From contig JAUIFX010000003.1 of NCBI GenBank assembly GCA_030429865.1, forward strand, positions 1-56,335: 56,335 nt of DNA, written 5' to 3'. Below are positions 18,719 through 26,833 of the stretch, piece by piece. How positions within the stretch are numbered: the stretch's first letter is position 1; the number at the start of each line of letters is the position of its first letter. Origin of the DNA: Gammaproteobacteria bacterium (GTDB taxonomy: Bacteria; Pseudomonadota; Gammaproteobacteria; Ga0077536). A program made the position numbers and the translations under genes. The notes beneath the pieces are model-generated. The model did no database searches. It saw only the letters and a list, made by a program, of their open reading frames with translations, and had not been told where the DNA came from.

Positions 18719-19504
18719 ATGTCCGACGCTATTCGCCGTCGCGCCAAGGACCTGTTCGCCCAGCACCGCTCGCGCGAACGTTTCGTGCCGTTCGGCGGTA
18801 CCCAGGCGTTGCCCGACCTCGCCACCGCGTACGCTGTCCAGGAGAGCTATGTCGCCCTCCGCCGGGCCTACGAGGGCAGTGCGATCGCGGGCTGGAAGAT
18901 CGGCCTGACCTCGCAGCGCATGCAGGCCCTGCTCGGCATCGACAGCCCCATCGCCGGCGCCATACTCGATTCGCAGGTCATCGCCAGCGGCGCCAGCGTA
19001 GCGCGCGCGGACTACGTGCATCTCGGCCTCGAGACCGAGATCGCCGCGCGCCTCGGGCGCGACCTGCCGGCGGCCGGCGCGCCCTACACGCGCGACTCGG
19101 TTGCGGCGGCCGTCGAGGCCGTGTGCGCGGCCATCGAACTGGTCGACGATCGCGCCGCCGACTATGCCCTCACCGATATCGGTTCGCTGGTCGCGGACAA
19201 CAGCTGGAACGAGGGCGTCGTGCTCGGTGAGTTTCGTCGCGACTGGCCCGACCTCGGCAGCGTCACCGCGCACGTACTGCGCGATGGCGAGGAGATCGAT
19301 CGCGGCACCGGCGCAGACGTGCTCGGTCACCCGTTCGAACCGCTGACCTGGCTCGCCAATCACCTCGCGGCGCGCGGCCAGTGCCTGCGCGCGGGCGACA
19401 TCGTCTCCACCGGCAGCATCGCGACGACGCGCTTTCCGGCCGCGCCGGAAACGTGTCGTTTCGTCGTCGAGGGCATCGGTGACGTGACCCTGGTGGTGCG
19501 ATGA
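18719..19504 (+). CDS. 2-keto-4-pentenoate hydratase-like (FAH superfamily)
   Basis: GWKIGLTS, ETEIA, IELVDDR, VADN, WLANHL...GDIVSTGS. Confidence 0.88.
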   Translation: MSDAIRRRAKDLFAQHRSRERFVPFGGTQALPDLATAYAVQESYVALRRAYEGSAIAGWKIGLTSQRMQALLGIDSPIAGAILDSQVIASGASVARADYVHLGLETEIAARLGRDLPAAGAPYTRDSVAAAVEAVCAAIELVDDRAADYALTDIGSLVADNSWNEGVVLGEFRRDWPDLGSVTAHVLRDGEEIDRGTGADVLGHPFEPLTWLANHLAARGQCLRAGDIVSTGSIATTRFPAAPETCRFVVEGIGDVTLVVR

Positions 19505-20445
19505 CGGCAACGGGTGCGGTCGAGGCGCTGGCCAACCGTTTGCGCAAGAACGCCCGGCACCTCGGACGCTGGGCCCGCCGCGAGGGGCTCGAGGCGTGGC
19601 GTGTCTACGATCGCGACATGCCGGAGTTCCCTTACGCGGTGGACCGCTACGGCAGCCGGCTCCACGTGCAGTTGTTCGAAGGCAGGCGGCCGTTCACGGA
19701 CGCCGACATCGGAGAACATCTTGCCGCGATTGCCGAGGCGCTCGAGGTCGTCCCCGCGTGCTGCGCATTCAAGCTCAGGCGCCGCCAGCGCGGCACCTCG
19801 CAATACGAGAAGCTCGACGTGCCCGGCGAGTCGTTCGTGGTCGCCGAGCGCGGCCTGCGCTTCGAGGTCAATCTCACCGCCTACCTGGACACCGGCTTGT
19901 TCCTCGATCACCGCGACACCCGCGCGCTGGTGCGCGAGGCAGCCGCGGGAACCCGGTTTCTCAACCTGTTTGCCTACACCGGCAGCTTCACGGTCTATGC
20001 CGCCGCCGGGGGCGCCGCGAGCACGCTGACGCTCGACATGTCGCAGACCTACCAGGACTGGACCCGGCGCAACCTCGCGCTCAACGGATTCGATGACGAA
20101 GCGCGTCATCGCCTGCTGCGCACCGACGTCACCGCGTGGCTCGAGAGCGCCCACCGTGACGCCGCGCGCTACGACCTGATCGTGCTCGATCCACCGAGCT
20201 TCTCGAACTCCAAGCGCATGCGTGCGAGTTTCGACGTGCAGCGCGACCAGGTGCCGCTGGTGTCGCGCAGCGCGGCGCTGCTCGCGCCGGGCGGACGCCT
20301 GTACTTCTCCAACAACCGCCAGGGCTTCCGCCTCGATGCCGCGCTCGAGCGCGACTGGTGCTGCGAGGAGATCACCGCGCGCACCGTGCCCGAGGACTTC
20401 AAGCGGCGGCAGCCGCATCGCTGCTGGCTGATCACGCGCCCCTGA
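19501..20445 (+). CDS. Class I SAM methyltransferase, RlmK-like (C-terminal half of RlmKL)
   Basis: NRLRKN, RVYDRDMPE, YLDTGLFLDHR, LNLFAYTGSF, DPPSFSNSK. Confidence 0.85.
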   Translation: MTATGAVEALANRLRKNARHLGRWARREGLEAWRVYDRDMPEFPYAVDRYGSRLHVQLFEGRRPFTDADIGEHLAAIAEALEVVPACCAFKLRRRQRGTSQYEKLDVPGESFVVAERGLRFEVNLTAYLDTGLFLDHRDTRALVREAAAGTRFLNLFAYTGSFTVYAAAGGAASTLTLDMSQTYQDWTRRNLALNGFDDEARHRLLRTDVTAWLESAHRDAARYDLIVLDPPSFSNSKRMRASFDVQRDQVPLVSRSAALLAPGGRLYFSNNRQGFRLDAALERDWCCEEITARTVPEDFKRRQPHRCWLITRP

Positions 20446-20668
20446 AAGGGCGGCGCGGCGCCGTCGCCAGCACGGTGCGCGGGCCGCCGCCGCGCCGTGA
20501 ACGTGGCGTGCTTGGATTGCGCGCGATCGTGCGTGCGGGAGCGGCGAATCCCGGGGGCCCTGCGTACCACAGGCATCCCGTATAGACTGCGAATTGCGAT
20601 CAGCGCCAGCGCCGTTCCCGGGCGGGCCGGCCGGCGCGCGCACTGCCGTCCCCGCGGAGTCCGAGCCC

Positions 20669-21010
20669 ATGCGCCATCTCTGTCTCGTTCTGCTCCTCAG
20701 CACAACTGCGCCGAGCGCGCAGGCGATTACGAGCATCGCCGACTTCTCGTGCGCCGAGTGGTCTGCGCGCCGCGCGAGCGGCCGCGACGTGCACCCGCCG
20801 CAGATGTGGCTGAGCGGCTTCATGACCGCGCTCGCGACGGCGCTGCGCGTCGACGTGCTGGCCATCACCGACGCGGAAGCCGTCTTCACCTGGATGGACG
20901 ACTACTGCGGCGAGCACCCGGACGCGCAGCTCTCCGAAGGCGGGCAGCGCTTGTTCAACGAGCTGCTCGGCAGACTACCGCGCTCGCGGCCCTACCTGTC
21001 GCGGCGCTGA
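20669..21010 (+). CDS. Small secreted protein with two Cys (HdeA/HdeB-like pattern)
   Basis: Signal peptide; SCAEW...WLSGF...WMDDYCGEHP. Confidence 0.65.
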   Translation: MRHLCLVLLLSTTAPSAQAITSIADFSCAEWSARRASGRDVHPPQMWLSGFMTALATALRVDVLAITDAEAVFTWMDDYCGEHPDAQLSEGGQRLFNELLGRLPRSRPYLSRR

Positions 21011-21084
21011 GGCGCTTGCCCACCCCTGCGCTCCTGGCCTATCGTCGGGGCGCTTTGCTTGGTAACCAGCGTGGGGAGCGCGAC

Positions 21085-21525
21085 ATGACGATAGACGAGA
21101 TGAACGAGCTGGAGGCGATCCGCCAGCTGAAGGCCCGCTACTTCCGCCTCATGGACACCCAGCAGTGGGAACCGTGGCGCGAGTGTTTCACCGAGGACGT
21201 GCATGCCTTCTACGAGGGTGTGCCGCGGGCGAGTGCCGACCTGCCCCTCGATATCGGCTGTGACGGCCGCCCCGCGCTGGTCGACGGCGTGAGCACCTTG
21301 ATGACCGGTGCCCAGTCGATCCACCAGGGTTTCATGCCCGAGCTCGAGCTGACGAGCGCGACCACGGCGCGCGGTATCTGGGCGATGTTCGACTACGTCA
21401 TGTTGCCCACCTGCCACTTCAAGGGCTGGGGGCACTACCACGAGGAGTACGTCAAGGACGCCGGCGTGTGGCGCATGAAGAAGATCCATCTCACGCGTTT
21501 GCACACCGAGGAAAACTTCCTCTAG
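21085..21525 (+). CDS. SnoaL/NTF2-like dehydratase family (BaiE/LinA-like)
   Basis: EAIRQLKARYFRLMD, ATTARGIWAMFD, GWGHYHEEY. Confidence 0.85.
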   Translation: MTIDEMNELEAIRQLKARYFRLMDTQQWEPWRECFTEDVHAFYEGVPRASADLPLDIGCDGRPALVDGVSTLMTGAQSIHQGFMPELELTSATTARGIWAMFDYVMLPTCHFKGWGHYHEEYVKDAGVWRMKKIHLTRLHTEENFL

Positions 21526-21685
21526 GGAAGCTCTGATTAAGGCCGGGCCGAGCAGATCGTGTTCGCGCTGTTCGAGTTCAAGACGCGACGCGCGCGTCAT
21601 CGCCGGCTATGGCGAAGCGTCGCAACGCCGGAATCGGGCAGCGCGGGCGCGAGATGCGGGTTCATGACTTGTTCAGAGGTTCCCT
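21524..21685. mobile_element. MITE-like palindromic element, 162 bp
   Basis: Terminal inverted repeats AGGGAAGCTCTGATTAA / TTGTTCAGAGGTTCCCT (14 of 17 match), with long imperfect internal arms and a central hairpin. Confidence 0.7.
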
Positions 21686-21758
21686 GGCACAAGCGGCCAT
21701 GCGGCCCGGTCTACACCGGCCGCATGAAGGCCGCACGAAGCGCCGGCGACCCCGGGTA

Positions 21759-22274
21759 TCAGGCGTCGGCGAGGACCGCCCGTCCGTCGCGGCGCTGGCG
21801 CTCGACCTCGGACAAGCGCGGTGGCGGCGTTGCCGGCAGCAGGCGGAAGGTCGGATGCAGCCAGGCGCTGGCCCAGAACAGGTCGGGGTCGCCGCCGCGA
21901 TCGATGAGGAATAGGCGCTCGACGGTGTTGCCGAAGTGATGCAGGTACTTGTGCAGCACGAAGCGCTTCTCCGCCGCGCCGATCTCGAGCGCATGGAAGC
22001 TGAGCTCTTCCTTGCCGCGGCGCAGCTTGAGTTCGCGGCTCGCGCGCAGGTTGCGCGCCCAGTGGGTTTCACCGCGCGGCGAGACCAGGTAGAGCACGTC
22101 GTCGATACCGAACAGCAAGACCGGGGTGCGTCGCGGTAATCCGCTGCGCCGCCCGCGTACCTCGAGCACGTAATGGTGGCGGCTGGCGATGCCGCGATCG
22201 ATGAGCAGGATGCGGATGCGGTCGAGCACGCGCTCGATCCACCAGGGTTGGCGATAGGCCGGGAATTCGTCCAT
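21759..22274 (-). CDS. Deazaflavin (F420)-dependent nitroreductase-like protein (Ddn/DUF385)
   Basis: LEVRGRRSGLPRRTPV, LVSPRGETHWARNLRA, HPTFRL. Confidence 0.78.
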   Translation of the reverse strand: MDEFPAYRQPWWIERVLDRIRILLIDRGIASRHHYVLEVRGRRSGLPRRTPVLLFGIDDVLYLVSPRGETHWARNLRASRELKLRRGKEELSFHALEIGAAEKRFVLHKYLHHFGNTVERLFLIDRGGDPDLFWASAWLHPTFRLLPATPPPRLSEVERQRRDGRAVLADA

Positions 22275-22403
22275 TGATTTCTCCAGCTGTGTGCATGCCG
22301 ATGTTGCGCGGCACGGCGCGGCGGGCACGACGCCCAGCATAGCCGCCGCAGCGCGGAACCGCCAGCGGCCCGCCGCGTCAACGGCGGGCCGCTGCCACGG
22401 CGC

Positions 22404-22838
22404 TCAGCGATCGGCGACCATGCGCAGGGCCACGCGCAGGTGCTGGTACTTCCACTCGCCGTCGATCTTCACGTAGTCGTCGTCGTAGCGCAGGGCGAGC
22501 CATTTCTCGTCGTCGTTCTCGCGGTAGGTCCACGGTCCCATGATGTACCAGATGCCGGTCGCGCGATCGCCGTCGACCTCGATGACCGGGTTCATGATGT
22601 TGTGCTGCGAGAAGTTGAACATCTTGCGGAAGTTGGCGAACAGTTCGCTGATTTCCGCGTGGCCGCGTGCGGTACCGAAGTCGGCACTCTCCCAGATGCC
22701 GTCTTCGGCGAACACCGTCTTGACGGTCTCGGGGTTGTGGTCGTCGTCACAGATGTGGCAGTAGCGTGCCTTGAGCTGCTTGATCGCCTCGATGTCCTCG
22801 AGGCGCGTGATGCGTTTCTCCAGAGCGGCCATGTCCAT
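22404..22838 (-). CDS. SnoaL/NTF2-like protein (LinA/BaiE-like)
   Basis: RLEDIEAIKQLKARYC, QHNIMNPVIEVDGDRATG, YDDDYVKIDGEWK. Confidence 0.85.
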   Translation of the reverse strand: MDMAALEKRITRLEDIEAIKQLKARYCHICDDDHNPETVKTVFAEDGIWESADFGTARGHAEISELFANFRKMFNFSQHNIMNPVIEVDGDRATGIWYIMGPWTYRENDDEKWLALRYDDDYVKIDGEWKYQHLRVALRMVADR

Positions 22839-22955
22839 CGTCGTGTTTCCTCCCTCGGGACCTTCCCGGTGTCGTTGAGAGACACATTCTCGCCATGAAC
22901 GGCCGCCGGCGGCAACGGTGCGCGCGGTGCTGCGGCGCGGCGCCGCAAGCGCGGA

Positions 22956-23504
22956 TCAGGGCGCGCTGCTTGCGCGCGAGATGAACGACGACCAGGCCGG
23001 CACGTTGCGCAGCTCGTAACCCGCGTTCCAGTCCCAGATGCGCACCAGGGTATCCCACGCCTCGGCGCGAGCCTTGCCGGCGGCGTCACCGCCGTGACGC
23101 ACGCGCCACAGGTAGACGAACGCCGAGGCGCGCGCGTTGGCGTAGCAGTGCACGAGGACGCGCTTGTCACGGAACGCCTGCATCGCCGCCAGGAACGCTT
23201 CGAGGTCGGCCCCGGTCGGCTGTTCCCAGGCAATCGGAATGTGCCGGTAGTCGAGCCCGAGCGCGCGCACCAGTTCGCCTTCCTCGGCATAGGCGTCCGG
23301 CGAATCGACCGGGACCAGGTTGATGACGGCCTCGATCCCGGCGGCGGCAATCGCCGGCAACTGGTCCCGCGTGGGTTGTCCTGATGACGCTAGCGACGGC
23401 GAGTACTCGTAATAGTTGAACAGCTCGAGCAGCCCCAGCGGCTCCTCGGCCCGGCTGCCCACGCACAGCGCCAAGGACAACAGCACGGCAGCGAAACGAC
23501 GCAT
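22956..23504 (-). CDS. Exported PTP-like/DUF442 phosphatase-fold protein
   Basis: Signal peptide, SSGQPT, VINL, CX5R motif VHCYANAR. Confidence 0.8.
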   Translation of the reverse strand: MRRFAAVLLSLALCVGSRAEEPLGLLELFNYYEYSPSLASSGQPTRDQLPAIAAAGIEAVINLVPVDSPDAYAEEGELVRALGLDYRHIPIAWEQPTGADLEAFLAAMQAFRDKRVLVHCYANARASAFVYLWRVRHGGDAAGKARAEAWDTLVRIWDWNAGYELRNVPAWSSFISRASSAP

Positions 23505-23539
23505 GGCGGTGCCCCGGTAAGCTGCGGTGTTCGTGCTGC

Positions 23540-24814
23540 TCACAGCGTGCGCAGCACTTCGTCCAGCGCGTCGACGACGAGGTCCGCGTGCTCGCGCGCG
23601 AACGGCATCGGTGGCCGCATCTTGAGCACGTTGTCGAACTCGCCGATGCGGTTCATGAGGATGCCGCGCTCCTTCATCGTGTTGACCACCTCGCGGGTCA
23701 GTCCGGTGGCGGGTTCGCGGCTGCCGCGGTCTTCCACCAGCTCGACACCGATCCACAGGCCGTGACCGCGGATGTCGCCGATGCGCTCTTCGCGCGCCGC
23801 CAGTTCGCCGAGGCGTTCGCGCACGTAGCCGCCGGTCACGCGGGCGTGCTCGATGAGACCCTCGTCCTCCATCACGTCGAGCACTGCGGCGGCGACGGCG
23901 CAGGATACGGGGTTGCCGCCGAAGGTGTTGAAGTACATCACGTCGTGACGGAATGCGTCGATCAATTCGCCGCGCGCGGCGATTGCCGCGACCGGGTGAC
24001 CGTTGCCCATGGGTTTGCCCATGGTGACGATGTCGGGCGTGAAGCCCATCAGCTCGTGTCCCCACATGTGCCCGGTGCGGCCGAAGCCCGCCTGCACTTC
24101 GTCGGCGATGACCAGGCCGCCCGCCGCGCGCACCAGCGCGCAGGCCCGTTCCATGAAGCCGGGCGGCACGTCGGGCAGGCCCTCGTTGGCGAAGATCGAG
24201 CAGACGATCAGGCCGGCGAAAGGCACCCCGGCCTGCGCGAAGCTCTCGATGGCGGCGGCGACCTCGGCGAGGTCGGCCTCGGTCAGCGCCGCGCCGGCAA
24301 GGCCGTCGCGTGGGCGGTAGCTGTCGGGGTAGGGGATGGTACGCACGTCGGGGTGCGGGGTGACGCGGCCGTAGAACAGCGGCGAGATGGCATCGACCGC
24401 CGCGGTGTTGCCGTGGTAGGTCAGATTGGTGCAGATGATGCCGCGCCCGCCGCTCGCATGGCGCGCGATGCGCAGGGCCTGGTCGTTGGCTTCGCTGCCG
24501 GTACACACGTACATAACTTTCGACAGGCTTTCGTGCAAGGTCGCCAGCAGGCGTTCGCTGTAGTCGAGAATGGTCTCGTGCAGGTAGCGCGTGTGCACGT
24601 TGAGCGTCGCCGCCTGCCGGGTCAGCGCTTCGACCACGCGGGGGTGGCAATGACCCACGTGCGGCACGTTGTTGTAGCAGTCGAGGTAGCGCCGGCCGTC
24701 GGCGGCATACAGCCACACGCCTTCGCCGCGCACGATGTGCAGCGGTTCGTCGTAGAACAGCGGGGCGTCGCCGAGCAGCCGGCGGCGGCGCGCCAAGAGG
24801 GATTCGCGATCCAT
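23540..24814 (-). CDS. Class III PLP enzyme, AGXT2L/ETNPPL-type (probable amino-alcohol phosphate phospho-lyase)
   Basis: YLDCYNNVPHVGHCHP, GSEANDQALR, ADEVQAGFGRTG, TMGKPMGNGHP, YFNTFGGNPVSC. Confidence 0.88.
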   Translation of the reverse strand: MDRESLLARRRRLLGDAPLFYDEPLHIVRGEGVWLYAADGRRYLDCYNNVPHVGHCHPRVVEALTRQAATLNVHTRYLHETILDYSERLLATLHESLSKVMYVCTGSEANDQALRIARHASGGRGIICTNLTYHGNTAAVDAISPLFYGRVTPHPDVRTIPYPDSYRPRDGLAGAALTEADLAEVAAAIESFAQAGVPFAGLIVCSIFANEGLPDVPPGFMERACALVRAAGGLVIADEVQAGFGRTGHMWGHELMGFTPDIVTMGKPMGNGHPVAAIAARGELIDAFRHDVMYFNTFGGNPVSCAVAAAVLDVMEDEGLIEHARVTGGYVRERLGELAAREERIGDIRGHGLWIGVELVEDRGSREPATGLTREVVNTMKERGILMNRIGEFDNVLKMRPPMPFAREHADLVVDALDEVLRTL

Positions 24815-24859
24815 GCTTCTCAACCCGCGTCGCGGCTTCGGCGGCAATGCGTCGTCATG

Positions 24860-25627
24860 TCAGGTCTCCAGTGCTTCGAGCGTTTCCGGCAGGATCTGGC
24901 CGCCATCGACGACCAGCGTCTGACCGGTGATGTAGGCGGCCTCGCGCGAAGCGAAGAACAGCGCCGCGTTGCCGATGTCCTCGACCGTGCCGAGCGTGTG
25001 CAGCGGAATCGACGCCGCCATGGTCTGCAGGTAGTCGTCACCCAGGTCCTCGAGGCCCTCGGTGACGACGTTCCCGGGCAGCACCGCGTTGACCGTGATG
25101 CGGTACTTGGCGAGTTCGAGGGCGGCGGTGCGCATGAACCCGAGCTGACCGGCCTTGCTCGCTCCGTAATGGCTCCAGCCCGGAAAGCCGGTTACGGGGC
25201 CCGTGATCGACGACGTCAGCACGACACGCCCCTGGTCGGAGCGTTTGAGCCACGGCAGGCAGGCCTGTACGCTCAGGAAGCTGCCCTTGAGATTGGTCGC
25301 CATGACACTGTCCCACTCGGCGGCGTCGAGCTGCTCGATGGGCGTCTGCGGGAAAATGCCGGCGTTCGCGCAGAGGATGTCGATGCCGCCGAACTGGTCT
25401 GCCGCGGCGCGTGCCATCGCCTGCGCACCGTCCTCGGTAGCGATGTCGGCGGCAAAACCGATCGCGCTGCCGCCGAGCGCGGCGGCGCAGGCGGTGGCCT
25501 GTTCGACGTCGCGCGAGACCACGCAGACGTTGGCCCCGTGGCGTGCGAAGACCTGCGCGATTCCCTTGCCGATGCCGCGGCTCGCGCCGGTGACGATGAC
25601 GCAGCGTCCGGCGATCGATGTAAGCAT
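24860..25627 (-). CDS. SDR oxidoreductase (FabG-like)
   Basis: TGASRGIG, ANAGIF, YGASK, YITGQTLVVDGG. Confidence 0.92.
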   Translation of the reverse strand: MLTSIAGRCVIVTGASRGIGKGIAQVFARHGANVCVVSRDVEQATACAAALGGSAIGFAADIATEDGAQAMARAAADQFGGIDILCANAGIFPQTPIEQLDAAEWDSVMATNLKGSFLSVQACLPWLKRSDQGRVVLTSSITGPVTGFPGWSHYGASKAGQLGFMRTAALELAKYRITVNAVLPGNVVTEGLEDLGDDYLQTMAASIPLHTLGTVEDIGNAALFFASREAAYITGQTLVVDGGQILPETLEALET

Positions 25628-25738
25628 GTGCGTTCCCCCGTCCTGGATTCCAGACCTGTTCAGGCCAGTCTACCGGTGATCCCCACGTGCCGGAATGGTC
25701 TAATCGGGACTTCGACGCTGGCAGGAGGGCGAACGACG

Positions 25739-26758
25739 ATGGCTGCGGCATTCGATGCACTCGACGAGAACGCGCGCAAGGCACACCTGGAACGCGTCGC
25801 GCGGCGCGCGTTGCCGCGCTGGGGCATTGCCGCGGACGCGCCGCTGACGCTGCTCAACATCTCCGAGAACGCGACCTACCGCGTCGACGTTGCGGGCAGT
25901 GCCGAGCCGGCCATCCTGCGTGTGCATCGCACGGGCTATCACAGCGCGAACGGGGTGCGCTCGGAGCTGGCCTGGACGCGGGCCCTGAGCGCGGACGCCG
26001 GCGTGGCGACGCCGCAGGCGGTGGCGGCGACCGACGGCAGTCTCATCCAGCACATCGACTCGCCCGAGCTCGACGAATCGCGCATGGTCGTCCGCTTCGG
26101 CTTCATCCCGGGCCACGAGCCGGACGAGTCGGCACTGCTCGCACCGTTCCGGCGCCTCGGCGCGATCGCGGCGCGCATGCACGCGCACGCTCGAAGCTGG
26201 CAGCGTCCGGAGTACTTCGAACGGCTCACCTGGGATTACGAGCACAGTCTCGGCGAGGCCGGCAACTGGGGGCGCTGGCAGGACGGACTCGGTCTCGACG
26301 CCGAGGCCCACGCCGTGCTGGGCGAGGCCGACGCCCTGCTGCGTACGCGTCTCGAGCGTTTCGGCAAGAGCCCGTCACGTTATGGGCTGATCCACGCCGA
26401 TCTGCGGCTCGCCAACCTGCTCGAGAGCGACGGCGAGACGCGGGTGATCGATTTCGACGATGCCGGCTTCGGCTGGTTCCTCTACGACCTGGCTACTGCG
26501 CTCAGCTTCATGGAGGAGCGCGGCGACCTCGCCGAGCTGGTCGATGCCTGGGTGGCGGGCTACCGCACGGTCGGTACGCTCGATGCCGAGGAAGTCGCCG
26601 AGATCCCGACTTTCCTGATGCTGCGCCGTCTGCTGATCATGGCCTGGATCGGTTCGCACGCCGAGACCGATCTCGCGCGCGAGCTGGGGCGGCCATTCAC
26701 CGCCGGCTCGGTGCGCCTCGCACGGCGCTACATCGCGCGCTTCGGCCCGCAGACCTGA
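25739..26758 (+). CDS. APH-family kinase (hydroxylysine/homoserine kinase type II-like)
   Basis: SENATY, LRVHR, IHADLRLANLL, IDFDDAG; AGGAGG RBS. Confidence 0.88.
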   Translation: MAAAFDALDENARKAHLERVARRALPRWGIAADAPLTLLNISENATYRVDVAGSAEPAILRVHRTGYHSANGVRSELAWTRALSADAGVATPQAVAATDGSLIQHIDSPELDESRMVVRFGFIPGHEPDESALLAPFRRLGAIAARMHAHARSWQRPEYFERLTWDYEHSLGEAGNWGRWQDGLGLDAEAHAVLGEADALLRTRLERFGKSPSRYGLIHADLRLANLLESDGETRVIDFDDAGFGWFLYDLATALSFMEERGDLAELVDAWVAGYRTVGTLDAEEVAEIPTFLMLRRLLIMAWIGSHAETDLARELGRPFTAGSVRLARRYIARFGPQT

Positions 26759-26833
26759 ACAGGGCCGGCGCGCGCCGGCGCGGGGCCTTGCACGGCCCTG
26801 CCGCGCCCGGCCGGCATGCCCGGCCGCGTGAGT

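Noticed and set aside
25677-25702. Fourth sigmaE promoter TGATCC-N15-GTCTA before the kinase
   Set aside because: The -10 differs at 2 of 5 positions from the GCGTA seen at the other three sites, and there is no functional link.
25640-25710. GntR-type operator half-sites (TGGTCTAATC, CCAGACCTG)
   Set aside because: No convincing palindrome and no regulator gene nearby.
23588-25738. N-terminal part of the 1056-aa ORF 23588..26758
   Set aside because: Antisense shadow of the aminotransferase and SDR genes; the real kinase starts at 25739 after an AGGAGG RBS.
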